Below, in pieces: positions 39,591-49,344 of a DNA stretch of 64,000 nt (positions within the stretch are counted from its first letter, which is position 1; every line of letters starts with the position of its first letter). This DNA comes from Chlorobiota bacterium (GTDB lineage Bacteria; Bacteroidota; Ignavibacteria; Kapaibacteriales; NICIL-2): assembly GCA_039810585.1 (NCBI GenBank), contig JBDHXF010000001.1, positions 17,723 through 81,722 on the forward strand, written 5' to 3'. The notes under the pieces are model-generated. The model saw only the letters and a program-made list of their open reading frames with translations. It made no database searches and was not told where the DNA came from. Made by a program: the position numbers and the translations under genes.

Positions 39591-40478
39591 ATGACACACG
39601 TCGGACTCTACGTCAACCCCAACAAGGCCGAAGCTCTGCGCGTTGCGGAGGAAGCTGCTGAGCTTCTCCTGAGCATGGGTGCAGCCTGTGCGGCGCATGA
39701 CGACATCGTCTCCCGCATGAAGGCTGCCCTGCAGCCCACAGTGCAGGCTCTGAATACTACCGACCTGGTCAAGTTCTCGGACGTGATGGTATCGTTCGGT
39801 GGCGATGGTACCATGCTCAATTGCGCGCATCACGTGGTGGGAAAAGACATCCCAATCATGGGCATCAACCTCGGCAAGCTGGGCTTCTTGGCTGAGTTTG
39901 CCGCGACGGACTTACAGCAATCGTTGAGCGACCTCATTACCGGTAACTACCGCTTGGTTGATCGCAGCACCATTGCCTGCACTCTGCCGGTGGATGGCGA
40001 TCCGGAACGCGTCATTCACGTGCTCAATGAGTTTGTGATCGAGAAGCACGGCTCTTCTCGCATGCTGAACATTTCAGCAATGGTGGATCAACATCACATT
40101 GGCGATTACCGGGCGGATGGCTTGTTGCTGACTACCCCAACAGGATCAACGGCCTATTCACTGTCCTGTGGCGGTCCCATCATCACCCCTTCAGCTGAGG
40201 TATTTTGTCTTACCCCCATCGCACCGCATACGCTCACGTCACGTCCGCTTATCATCAATGACACCTCAGAAGTCCGCTGTACCCTGCTTGATAGTGGCTC
40301 CGAAGCCTCGCTCGTGGCGGATGGACAGTTTATATGCGACCTCACCAGCGGCCAAAGCATCGTCTTTCACAAATCGGAACACGTGGTCAAGCTCATCAAA
40401 AAGAGCACCAGTACTTACTTCGATTTGCTGCGTACCAAACTCCTCTGGAGTGCCGGCGCATCCAATAGTTCCAACTGA
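39591..40478 (+). CDS. nadK: NAD(+) kinase
   Basis: GGDGT, 'GINLGKLGFL', 'LNE', 'TPTGSTAYSLSCGGP'. Confidence 0.95.
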   Translation: MTHVGLYVNPNKAEALRVAEEAAELLLSMGAACAAHDDIVSRMKAALQPTVQALNTTDLVKFSDVMVSFGGDGTMLNCAHHVVGKDIPIMGINLGKLGFLAEFAATDLQQSLSDLITGNYRLVDRSTIACTLPVDGDPERVIHVLNEFVIEKHGSSRMLNISAMVDQHHIGDYRADGLLLTTPTGSTAYSLSCGGPIITPSAEVFCLTPIAPHTLTSRPLIINDTSEVRCTLLDSGSEASLVADGQFICDLTSGQSIVFHKSEHVVKLIKKSTSTYFDLLRTKLLWSAGASNSSN

Positions 40479-40485
40479 TCGCAGA

Positions 40486-40537
40486 AGATTTCTTATTCGT
40501 ACGCGAGGGCTGCGCTGCTTCGCATCGCAACCCTCGC
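40486..40537 (+). repeat. REP-like element copy
   Basis: AGATTTCTTATTC followed by hairpin GCGAGGG...TGC-ttc-GCA...CCCTCGC. Confidence 0.7.
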
Positions 40538-40544
40538 ATTGTCT

Positions 40545-41195
40545 ATGCACCCATTCATTCCCTACTTGCAGCAGCGTCTTGGCCAAAGCCTTCCCGGCCC
40601 AACAGCCCAACGCCTGATGGCGCCTCGCTTTGCCGGTGGTGAACTACGCTCCTTCGTGGCGCCGGATCATGCCAGGCGATCAGCAGTGCTTGCATTGATC
40701 TGTGAGAAAGAGAGCACGCTCTCTTTGCTGCTCACTCTTCGATCGGAACGACTGGCCTCGCACAAAGGTCAATTCAGCTTCCCCGGCGGTCGTATGGAAG
40801 AGGGTGAAAGCACCCTGCAAACTGCGTTGCGTGAAACTGAGGAAGAAGTGGGAATCACACCCGACCACGTGCAGGTGCTCGGTGCTTTGTCCGAACTCTA
40901 CACGCCGCCATCCAATTCTCAGATCTTTCCCATTGTTGCTTACTGCAACGATTTACCGACACTGCAACATAGTCCGCATGAAGTCCAAGAGACCCGTCTC
41001 GTAGCTCTCGACGATCTCTTGCATCGTCATGCCGTGGAAGAAGAATGGGACTATCGCGGCACGATCATGACAGTTCCCTTCTGGCGCCTGGATCATCCCA
41101 CGCCACTCTGGGGAGCAACCGCGATTATCATCAGCGAATTGGTGGCAATGTATCAGGATTGGTTGGACACGCAGCAGACACGCGCACATTCTTAA
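40545..41195 (+). CDS. CoA pyrophosphatase-like Nudix hydrolase
   Basis: 'LLTLRS..LASHKGQFSFPGG', 'TALRETEEEVG', 'LWGATA'. Confidence 0.9.
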   Translation: MHPFIPYLQQRLGQSLPGPTAQRLMAPRFAGGELRSFVAPDHARRSAVLALICEKESTLSLLLTLRSERLASHKGQFSFPGGRMEEGESTLQTALRETEEEVGITPDHVQVLGALSELYTPPSNSQIFPIVAYCNDLPTLQHSPHEVQETRLVALDDLLHRHAVEEEWDYRGTIMTVPFWRLDHPTPLWGATAIIISELVAMYQDWLDTQQTRAHS

Positions 41196-41240
41196 TTCGC
41201 TTCTTCCACCTACAGCGAACACAATTGACTCAACAGATTT

Positions 41241-42341
41241 ATGGACGACACGCAGCAACACTCTGACAACGACGAACGCACGCATTACCCTGAAAAGCGG
41301 GAGGAGCAGGTCGAGTTTCACGCCGGTCACGGCCTCGAACCTATTCGCCTTGATGTGTACTTATGCACGCTTATCAAGAATGCCACCCGCTCCAAAGTGC
41401 AAGCTGCCATTGCCGCCGACCGAGTGAGCGTGAACGGGAAGATTGCGAAGGCCAGTTATAAAGTCCAACCGGGAGATCATATCGTTTGTCGCATCCTCAA
41501 GCGTCCACCCATCGAACTGCTGCCCGAGAATATTCCCTTGGACATCGTCTACGAGGACGACGATTTGATGGTGGTCAATAAACCTGCAGGCATGGTGGTT
41601 CACCCTGCGCACGGCAACCGCTATGGCACGTTGGTGAATGCCGTGCTCTATCATATGGGACAACGCGAGTCTATCGTGATTGAACAAGAAGATGACAGCG
41701 ATGACGGCGAGATGGACAGCGGAGAGCTGCTTGATTCCAACGCGTTGAGGCCCGGCATTGTGCACCGAATAGACAAAGACACCTCCGGAATTTTAGTCGT
41801 TGGAAAGAATCCTCAGGCCACCGAACATCTGTCCTCACAATTCGCCAAGCGCACCGCCAAGCGTGTGTATCACGCCCTCGTATGGGGCATCGTCAAGAGT
41901 GATGAGGCGACCATTGATTTGCCAATCGCGCGATCGCCAAAGGATCGCAAAGTGTTTTGCGTGAATGAAAAAGAGGGCAAGTCGGCCATCACCGACTACA
42001 AAGTCCTCGCTCGCTACGATTTCCTAACGCTCCTTGAATTGCGCTTGAAGACAGGTCGAACACACCAAATCCGCGTGCACTGCTCTCACATCCACCATCC
42101 CCTGCTCGGCGATGCCGCGTATGGCGGAGCTGCCTTGGTGTACGGTGGAATCCGCGCTCAACATACCACCTCTGCACGACGCTGTCTGGAACTTATGCCC
42201 CGACAAGCCTTACACGCCAGCTCGCTGGCCTTCACCCATCCCAAAACAGGCACCTGGATGGAATTTCATTCCGAATGGCCGAGTGATTTTCAAGCCGTGG
42301 TGGAATTGGCAGCGAAGCTGCATGAGAAGTCGATAGAATAG
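41241..42341 (+). CDS. rluD: RluD-like 23S rRNA pseudouridine synthase
   Basis: S4 domain, 'NKPAGMVVHP', 'VHRIDKDTSG', 'TGRTHQIRVH'. Confidence 0.9.
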   Translation: MDDTQQHSDNDERTHYPEKREEQVEFHAGHGLEPIRLDVYLCTLIKNATRSKVQAAIAADRVSVNGKIAKASYKVQPGDHIVCRILKRPPIELLPENIPLDIVYEDDDLMVVNKPAGMVVHPAHGNRYGTLVNAVLYHMGQRESIVIEQEDDSDDGEMDSGELLDSNALRPGIVHRIDKDTSGILVVGKNPQATEHLSSQFAKRTAKRVYHALVWGIVKSDEATIDLPIARSPKDRKVFCVNEKEGKSAITDYKVLARYDFLTLLELRLKTGRTHQIRVHCSHIHHPLLGDAAYGGAALVYGGIRAQHTTSARRCLELMPRQALHASSLAFTHPKTGTWMEFHSEWPSDFQAVVELAAKLHEKSIE

Positions 42342-42366
42342 ACAGGTTCAACGAAGCTCGTTGAAA

Positions 42367-43551
42367 TTATCCCTTGCTCAGAAAATAGGTTCGCATCAAG
42401 CCCTTACCTTTCACTTCAATTTCGCCGCGTGCCTCGAAGTGAACGGTGTAGCCATCGAAAGCCACATTGAAGCCGCTGCTGAAGTCGTTCGGAAGTGGAC
42501 TGGCATTTTGTGTGAGGAAGGTCTTGGCAAAGTCGTGGGAGACTTGGATACGTCCCGGCAGACCAAATTTCTCCATCCGCGCTGCGATATTCACGGAGTC
42601 ACCCCACACGTCGTAGGAAAACTTCTGCTCGCCGATCACGCCGGCAACCACAGGACCGCAGTGCATGCCAATGCGGAACTTGATATCCATACCGAGTTCC
42701 GCGCTCACGTTGGCGCCCACTTCCATCATCGCCAATGCGCTGCGAACAGCTTCGAGAGCGTGATCACTACGCAGATCGGGTATGCCAACAACAGCCATGT
42801 AGGAATCGCCGATGGTTTTGATTTTCTCGAAGTGATGCGACGGCGACTGACGGTCGATACCGATGAAGAATTTGTTGAGCAGATTGATCAACTGCTGGGC
42901 GCTGAGCGTGGATGTTAGATGAGTGAAGCCAACGATGTCCACGAAAATGACGGAGACCGAATCGAAGCTGTCGGCTATCACGGTTTCACCGCCCTTTAAA
43001 CGACTCGCAATTTTCTCCGGTAAGATGTTGAGCAGTAGTCGCTCGGATTTCTGTTGCTCATGTCTCAACTCATCGGTGCGCTCATCCACCAAATGTTCTA
43101 AGTTTTCGTTGAGTTCCTTGAGCTCTCGGTTCTGCACCTCCAGCTGCCTATCCTGATAGTAACTCCGCACAGCTTCGCTGATGGTGAGCTGCAGATCTAC
43201 CTCTTCCCAGGGTTTGGCGATGTAGCGGTAGAGGCGCGCATGGTTGACGGCGTTCCCGACGGCTTGAGGACTGGCCTGTCCGGTCAGCAGAATTTTTAAG
43301 GTGTGCGGCAAACGCTCGTGCACCGCAATCAGAAACTCATCGCCTTTCATGCCGGGCATGATGTGATCGCTGACGACAACGGGGACTTCCACTTTGTCCT
43401 CGCGCAATTCCTCCAACAAATCCAGAGCCTCTTCGGCAGAGGTTAAGGTCTCCACAACGAAGGCATCGCCAAGGCGACGTCTGACTTGGCTCTTGATGCT
43501 ATCCAGCACGAAGCCTTCATCGTCAACACAGATAACAACAGCTTTGCTCAT
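42367..43551 (-). CDS. Receiver domain fused to class III adenylate cyclase
   Basis: REC 'CVDDE...SDHIMP..KPW'. Cyclase 'FVDIVGFT', 'KTIGDSYM', 'YDVWGDSVNIAARME'. Confidence 0.92.
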   Translation of the reverse strand: MSKAVVICVDDEGFVLDSIKSQVRRRLGDAFVVETLTSAEEALDLLEELREDKVEVPVVVSDHIMPGMKGDEFLIAVHERLPHTLKILLTGQASPQAVGNAVNHARLYRYIAKPWEEVDLQLTISEAVRSYYQDRQLEVQNRELKELNENLEHLVDERTDELRHEQQKSERLLLNILPEKIASRLKGGETVIADSFDSVSVIFVDIVGFTHLTSTLSAQQLINLLNKFFIGIDRQSPSHHFEKIKTIGDSYMAVVGIPDLRSDHALEAVRSALAMMEVGANVSAELGMDIKFRIGMHCGPVVAGVIGEQKFSYDVWGDSVNIAARMEKFGLPGRIQVSHDFAKTFLTQNASPLPNDFSSGFNVAFDGYTVHFEARGEIEVKGKGLMRTYFLSKG

Positions 43552-43940
43552 GATTTTTTCAACCCGGTCTTAATCGATTCAATCAAATCTTCTTCTTTCC
43601 ATGGCTTCTGCAAACAGCGATGCAGGTTGGCATCGCGTTGCGCGCGTTCAATGGCTTCCTTGTCAGCCTGACCGGTAAGCATCATCGTCACGATTTGAGG
43701 ATACTTCTTGTGCACGGCAATCAGAAACTCGTCACCACGTGTGTCGGGCATCAGCCAGTCTGACACGATGGTGAGCACCTCCACGTGATTATCCGCCAGC
43801 TCGTCAATCACCTCCCATGCCTCACTCACACTTTGCGCACACTCGTAGGCATACTCATCACCAAACCACTTCTTGGCTTGGGCACGAAGGACCTGAAGAA
43901 CCATAAGCTCGTCGTCCACAAACACAATCACATTTTTCAT
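43548..43940 (-). CDS. Single-domain response regulator
   Basis: 'FVDDE', 'SDWLMP', 'LTGQA', 'KPW'. ATGA overlap with the cyclase gene. Confidence 0.9.
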   Translation of the reverse strand: MKNVIVFVDDELMVLQVLRAQAKKWFGDEYAYECAQSVSEAWEVIDELADNHVEVLTIVSDWLMPDTRGDEFLIAVHKKYPQIVTMMLTGQADKEAIERAQRDANLHRCLQKPWKEEDLIESIKTGLKKS

Positions 43941-43956
43941 CGCATCTCCGGGTTCA

Positions 43957-43990
43957 TTATTCGTGTGTGCCTTCGGCACGCACGTATTAC
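43957..43990 (+). repeat. REP-like element copy inside the signalling operon
   Basis: TTATTC-GTGTGTGCC-ttc-GGCACGCAC-GTATTAC. Confidence 0.7.
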
Positions 43991-44033
43991 CATCTCTCTG
44001 CAACACCAGCACTGACTTCAGACACCACCCTTC

Positions 44034-47000
44034 CTATACCGGCAGGTACACGAAGAAGGTTGTGCCCTTACCCATTTCAGACTCGAAGCGAATGGAGCCG
44101 TTGTGCTTTTCGATAATCTTCTTGCAGATATCTAAACCAAGGCCACTACCTTCACCGGCGGGTTTGGTGGTGAAGAAAGGGTTGAAGATTTTCTCGCGAA
44201 TCTCTTCAGGAATTCCTCCACCGCTATCACCAACCGACACTTCAATCATCTCCGTAGCGCCGCTGACTTGGGGTCCGGCCTTGCGTTTGTGGATACCCAA
44301 GGTCATGTGTCCTTTACCCGACATCGCCTGTATAGCATTATGCACGAGGTTCGTCCACACTTGCGTCAGCTCATCACCATAGGCCTGAATTTCCGGCAAG
44401 CCGGTGTCGAAATCGCGGTGCAGTTCTATACCATGTTTGAGAGTGTTGTGATAGAGCGTCATCACCACTTCCATGGTGTTGGTGACGTTCACCGCTTGCT
44501 TTTCATTGCGATGATCGTAGTGTGCATAGGTCTTTAACGCAAATACGACCTTGGAAGCCCGCTCCACAGCCACTTCGATGGTGGAGCTCTGACGTGCCTG
44601 CAGCGAGAGGTTGTAGGCGCAATCGATGATGCGCACGGAGTCCGCGCGTTGTAGCAAGGGGTACCAGCTTGGCTGACATTCTACCAGTCCCATTTCCACA
44701 AGCACTTCGGCGCAATGGTCGGGGCCTTGGATTTGTTGCTCGGTCAGCACTTCCGTCATTGCCCGGCGTGCAGTACGAGCCTCACGACCGGTTGGTGTGT
44801 TTTGCGACTTCACGCTGCTTTGCACTAAATCCAGGAATTGTGCCAGTTCCTGATCGTTCAGGGTCTTGATAAGATCGGGTAAGGTTTTCAGCACTTCATC
44901 GGAGGCGTGCTTGATGTTTCCGATGGCAGCCTTGATAGCGCCGAGGGGTGTATTCACTTCGTGAGCAATGCCGGCAACGAGTTGTCCGAGAGCGGCCATC
45001 TTTTCCGATTGCACGAGCTCGGCCTGTGTTTGCTGCAGTTCGGTAAGAGCTTGCTCCAAGTCGTGTGCTTTCTTCTGAACATTTGCGGCTTGCACCTTAA
45101 TCTCTTCGTTCGCAACGCTCAGTTCGTGGGTACGCTCTTGAACTTGTCGTTCGAGAATAGTGTTGCGCAAGCGGATGCTGCGAATTCTCCATCGGTAGGC
45201 GCTAAAGGAGCCGCCAACGAGCACGACAACGAAGAGCAATCGTGCCCACCAGGTAGCCCACCAAGGTGGGAGAATAACAACTTCGAGATCGGCACCTTCT
45301 TCATTCCACACGTTATCATTATTACAGGCCATCACGCGGAAGTGATAGGTGCCTGGCGGAAGGTTGGTGTATTTGGCTTCGCGTTGCGTGCCGCAATCGG
45401 TCCACTCTTGGTCGTAGCCTTCAAGACGATACTTGTAGCGATTGTCTTCCGCATGTAAGTAGCTCAGTGCTGCGAACTCGAAGGTGATGTCGTTTTGATC
45501 ATGCTTCAACTCGATCGACTTCGCATCGGCAACGAAACTTTCAAACAACAATCGCTGATTGCGATTGCGAACCTCGCTAATCACCACTGTTGGTTTGTAG
45601 GGATTCCGTTCGAGACTGTCCGGGTAAAAGTGCGCAATACCGCGTGTGGTTCCGATCCACATTTCGCCGTCGCGCGTCTGGTACAAGGCGCGATCCACAG
45701 CGTCCATCGATGGAAGACCAAAGCCCTTGCCATACACATGCACTTCGCCGTTAGCGGGCGTGAAGGTCCATGCGCCGCTGCTTTCGCCATTCATCCAGAG
45801 CACGCCTTTGGAATCACGAACCAGTCCTGCTGTATTAGTTGGCAATCCAAGTTTCTTTGCCAAGCGCTGGAAGTTGCCATTGCTCTTATCGAGTTTGCAG
45901 AGACCGCCTCGCGCGTCGTTCACCCAGAGAAAGCCGGGCTCGGCATCCAAAATGCCTTGAACAAATCCCACCATCATAGCGTTGCTGTCTGCAGCGTTGA
46001 CTTTATAGCGCTGCCATTGTTTGGACGAGGGGTTGTAACTGGTCAGACCATCGCCGCCAAACCACAACCAGCCATCGCGATCTTGAAAGATGACGCGCAC
46101 GTCGTTGCCGGCAAGACTGTGTTCGTCGGCAGGATTGGAGACATAGCTCGTAAAGCTCGAACCCGAGGCGTCAAGACTATTGAGTCCGCGACGGGTGGCC
46201 ACCCAGAGCGTGCCGCTTTTATCGCGTAACACGCATTGCACAGCATCGCTCGACAGCGAATGTGCATCGGCGTCGGAGTGATGGAAGTTCTGACACTCTC
46301 CACTTTGCGTATTCATGTGAGCAAGGCCGGCGCTTGTTGCAATCCACATGGAGCCATCGTTATCGCAGAAGAAGTCGAAGACCGACACTGTATTAGACGC
46401 AGTAGCAGGAAGTGAGCCAGGGTTGTCCGTATGGAGAATATGACTCATCGATCCTGTCTTGCGATTGTATTTGCTGATGCCGGAGGCGAGGTAGTATCCA
46501 ATCCACACATTTCCGTCATGATCTTCGGTAAAGCGAGAAACCGTAGGAGCGAGCAAGCGGCGGTCGCTCGGCGTGGTGAGCTGATCGGTAAGCGTCGCCA
46601 TTCTGCGATAGGGCGGAAAGCAAGCGCAGACGCCATCGTTACGGGTAACAAACCACAACGCACCACTGCGATCGGCGAAAATGCTTCGCACCATCGGACC
46701 GCAAATACTCTCCGGATCGTCGGTGGAGTGTGTGTAGAGATGTGAGGACCCGTCGGCAGGATTGTAGCTCAGTGCTCCGGCATTTCCATTAATCCACAGC
46801 ATTCCAGTTGGGTCTTCGAACAGTTGGGTATTGCTTTCCAAACTGCACCCGGGACTTTGGTTTAGGGCAATGCGTTGAGCAACGGCTCCCACACTGTTGA
46901 GAAGCGCACTCTCGTTGAGATAGGCAAGTGCAGTGCCCTTCCCCGTAGCGTCTTCACACAAGGCAACAAGCTGACCCTTCGCCGTTCTGAGAATCGAGAT

Positions 47001-47822
47001 GACAACATCAGCCCCCGCATCCGGTGTAGAGCTGAGTTGGGAGAAGTGCAGACAGTGACCGCTGGAAGGGTTATCGAGAACGTATAGACCATGACCCGAG
47101 CTTCCAATGAGGAGATGGCCACTGAGGTCTTCGTTAAGACTCACAATAGCATTAGGACCGGGCATCGCGGGATTGGCATTATCGTGTCCTACCGGCACCA
47201 GCGTTCCCGACGCCTCATCGGCGCGGAACAGACCGCGATCGGTTCCTATCCACATCGCAGCGTTCTTATCTTCATGAAAGCAGATCGGCATACTAAAAGC
47301 CGCACTGCCTCCGGCAGCCGCGTAGCGACGGAATTGTGAGGTGTGCGGATCGAAGCTGTACACAACGCCGTGTTCGGCAACGCGCATCCAAATTCTTCCG
47401 TCGCGCCCTTCACTAAGACTGACAACGGTATTGGCAGCTGAGGCGCTTTGCGACGCGTCAGGACGAAAGGTGCTGAAATTTTCTTTGGCTCTGTTGTATC
47501 GCGCTAAGCCGCCTTGCAGGCAGGCCAGCCAGAGAGTTCCGGCTTTGCTTTCCAGCACATCGTACACGTTTGAAAGAGGGAGCTGCGAGCTATCGCCGTT
47601 TTGTTGATAGCGTTTCATGTGCACGCCGTCCCAGCGATTGAGTCCGAACTGCGTGCTCACCCATACGTAGCCGTAGTGGTCTTGCACGGCAGACCAGCAG
47701 TAACGCGTGCTTAGACCTTGTTCGGTACTAAGCTGCGTAAATCGTAGACCTTGCGCCGATGCGGCGCTCAGAGCGATGACAAAAACAATGAAGCATCCGA
47801 GCAGACGTTGGAGTGCAGTCAT
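44034..47822 (-). CDS. Sensor histidine kinase with periplasmic Reg_prop beta-propellers and Y_Y_Y domain
   Basis: Repeated 'D..G.LW.GT..GL', 'YKYRLEGYD..W...YTNLPPGTYHFRV', 'PPWWATWW' TM, H-box 'GIAHEVNTP', 'FFTTKPAGEGSGLGL'. Confidence 0.93.
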   Translation of the reverse strand: MTALQRLLGCFIVFVIALSAASAQGLRFTQLSTEQGLSTRYCWSAVQDHYGYVWVSTQFGLNRWDGVHMKRYQQNGDSSQLPLSNVYDVLESKAGTLWLACLQGGLARYNRAKENFSTFRPDASQSASAANTVVSLSEGRDGRIWMRVAEHGVVYSFDPHTSQFRRYAAAGGSAAFSMPICFHEDKNAAMWIGTDRGLFRADEASGTLVPVGHDNANPAMPGPNAIVSLNEDLSGHLLIGSSGHGLYVLDNPSSGHCLHFSQLSSTPDAGADVVISILRTAKGQLVALCEDATGKGTALAYLNESALLNSVGAVAQRIALNQSPGCSLESNTQLFEDPTGMLWINGNAGALSYNPADGSSHLYTHSTDDPESICGPMVRSIFADRSGALWFVTRNDGVCACFPPYRRMATLTDQLTTPSDRRLLAPTVSRFTEDHDGNVWIGYYLASGISKYNRKTGSMSHILHTDNPGSLPATASNTVSVFDFFCDNDGSMWIATSAGLAHMNTQSGECQNFHHSDADAHSLSSDAVQCVLRDKSGTLWVATRRGLNSLDASGSSFTSYVSNPADEHSLAGNDVRVIFQDRDGWLWFGGDGLTSYNPSSKQWQRYKVNAADSNAMMVGFVQGILDAEPGFLWVNDARGGLCKLDKSNGNFQRLAKKLGLPTNTAGLVRDSKGVLWMNGESSGAWTFTPANGEVHVYGKGFGLPSMDAVDRALYQTRDGEMWIGTTRGIAHFYPDSLERNPYKPTVVISEVRNRNQRLLFESFVADAKSIELKHDQNDITFEFAALSYLHAEDNRYKYRLEGYDQEWTDCGTQREAKYTNLPPGTYHFRVMACNNDNVWNEEGADLEVVILPPWWATWWARLLFVVVLVGGSFSAYRWRIRSIRLRNTILERQVQERTHELSVANEEIKVQAANVQKKAHDLEQALTELQQTQAELVQSEKMAALGQLVAGIAHEVNTPLGAIKAAIGNIKHASDEVLKTLPDLIKTLNDQELAQFLDLVQSSVKSQNTPTGREARTARRAMTEVLTEQQIQGPDHCAEVLVEMGLVECQPSWYPLLQRADSVRIIDCAYNLSLQARQSSTIEVAVERASKVVFALKTYAHYDHRNEKQAVNVTNTMEVVMTLYHNTLKHGIELHRDFDTGLPEIQAYGDELTQVWTNLVHNAIQAMSGKGHMTLGIHKRKAGPQVSGATEMIEVSVGDSGGGIPEEIREKIFNPFFTTKPAGEGSGLGLDICKKIIEKHNGSIRFESEMGKGTTFFVYLPV

Positions 47823-47978
47823 GTATTCCCCTGTGAGTGAACGTCGAGCAATGAGTTGCGCGGTGCCGCGCAGTCCGTCCGTACTCAGGACGGCACTTAT
47901 TCTCGTCAATTTAGCAAAAGTTCGCTACGCTGCTTTTTTATCAGGGCATTGCTTCAACCTCGGAATCCGACTATGCTG

Positions 47979-49088
47979 TCAGTCCCCGGCAACGTGTCGC
48001 TCCAAAAGCCGAAGAATGAGTACCGCCGCTTCGTGTGCGGCTTGGGGTCTGGCTAGTGTTTTCAAAACAGCTGTCATGGACTGTCGTGTGCTGGAATCCC
48101 CCAACAGATCTAGAACCGAAGCAAAGGATGACGAGAGCTCCGAGTCTCGTATCATAAGGGCAGCGCCTTGAGAACTGAGCGACAAAGCATTGTATTCTTG
48201 TTCGTTGTTCGCTGCATAGGGGTAGGGTATCAAGACCGATGGCTTTGCCACCACTTTGAGTTCCGCCACGGTTCCGCCGCCGGCTCGACAGACAACCAGA
48301 TCGGCAAGGGCGTAAGCAGCGGGCATGTTGTCGATAAACTCCCTTAGCTGCACATGAGCGGGCAATTCGGGTCGTTCCTTGAAGTTCTTCCCACACTGCC
48401 ATAGCACCTGGATACCGCGACGCTCAAATTCGCGGAGGTTTGCTGTGATCGCATCGTTGATCGATTTGGCTCCAAGTGATCCTCCAAATACCAGCAGCGT
48501 TGGAAGAGAAGGATCCAAGCCGAATTCGCGGGCGGCATCTTCACGTGTGGGCATCTGTTCGAAGCTGCCGCGGATGGGATTACCGATCACTTGAATGGTG
48601 TGAGCCGATTTCGTTGCGAAGAACTTCTTACACTCCTCAAAGGCAGCAATAATGAGATCTGCACGGCGAGCCACACTACGGTTGGCCTTGCCGGGAATAG
48701 CATTGGATTCGATCAGAACCAGCGGAATGCGGAGTATCGATGCGGCTAAAGCCACGGGAAACGACAGGTAGGTTCCGCCGCTAAGCACCAGATCCGGTTT
48801 GTGTGAGCGCATGAGCCCGAGGCAGCGCAGGGTAGAGTGCAGAATTCGAACAGGAAGCGTCCACGTCTGCAGGGATTTCAATCCCTTATACCCCCGCACG
48901 CTCAATCCCTCAAAGCGATATCCCAGCTTCGGAACCGCTGTGGCTTCCATGCGGAGAGGGTTTCCAAGGAAAAGAGCATCAACGGATCTGAGAAGGGCAA
49001 GCTGTTCCACAACGGCAACAGAGGGAAATAAATCTCCGCCGGTACCGCCGGCGGCAACAAGTAGGCGAAGCGGAGGCAATTGAGGCAT
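47979..49088 (-). CDS. murG: MurG N-acetylglucosaminyltransferase
   Basis: 'GGTGGD(H)LFP', 'ESNAIPGKAN', 'GNPIR', 'GGSLGA', 'RAGGGTVAE'. TATGTTTG box at 49145-49152 (-). Confidence 0.92.
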   Translation of the reverse strand: MPQLPPLRLLVAAGGTGGDLFPSVAVVEQLALLRSVDALFLGNPLRMEATAVPKLGYRFEGLSVRGYKGLKSLQTWTLPVRILHSTLRCLGLMRSHKPDLVLSGGTYLSFPVALAASILRIPLVLIESNAIPGKANRSVARRADLIIAAFEECKKFFATKSAHTIQVIGNPIRGSFEQMPTREDAAREFGLDPSLPTLLVFGGSLGAKSINDAITANLREFERRGIQVLWQCGKNFKERPELPAHVQLREFIDNMPAAYALADLVVCRAGGGTVAELKVVAKPSVLIPYPYAANNEQEYNALSLSSQGAALMIRDSELSSSFASVLDLLGDSSTRQSMTAVLKTLARPQAAHEAAVLILRLLERHVAGD

Positions 49089-49104
49089 AGCGGGCGTGTA
49101 CGAA

Positions 49105-49137
49105 GTGACCGCGAAGCGGGTAAGAATAAGAAATCTC
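49105..49137 (-). repeat. REP-like element copy
   Basis: Minus strand GAGATTTCTTATTC-ttac-CCGC-ttc-GCGG. Confidence 0.7.
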
Positions 49138-49344
49138 TGGAGGGCAAACATAGCGACAGCAGGCGGATGACATTTCTTTTTCGTTACGGCACTTGCGTAT
49201 GTCGTGACTTCGTCACATTTTGAGATAGCCATCTGTCGCAACGTCCCCGAATGTCGAGCGCATCTCGACCTGATCCTCATCACCCAGCGCATTGTTCGGG
49301 TCACAGTCTGTATCCATAACATTCTACTACTTATTGGAGGAATC

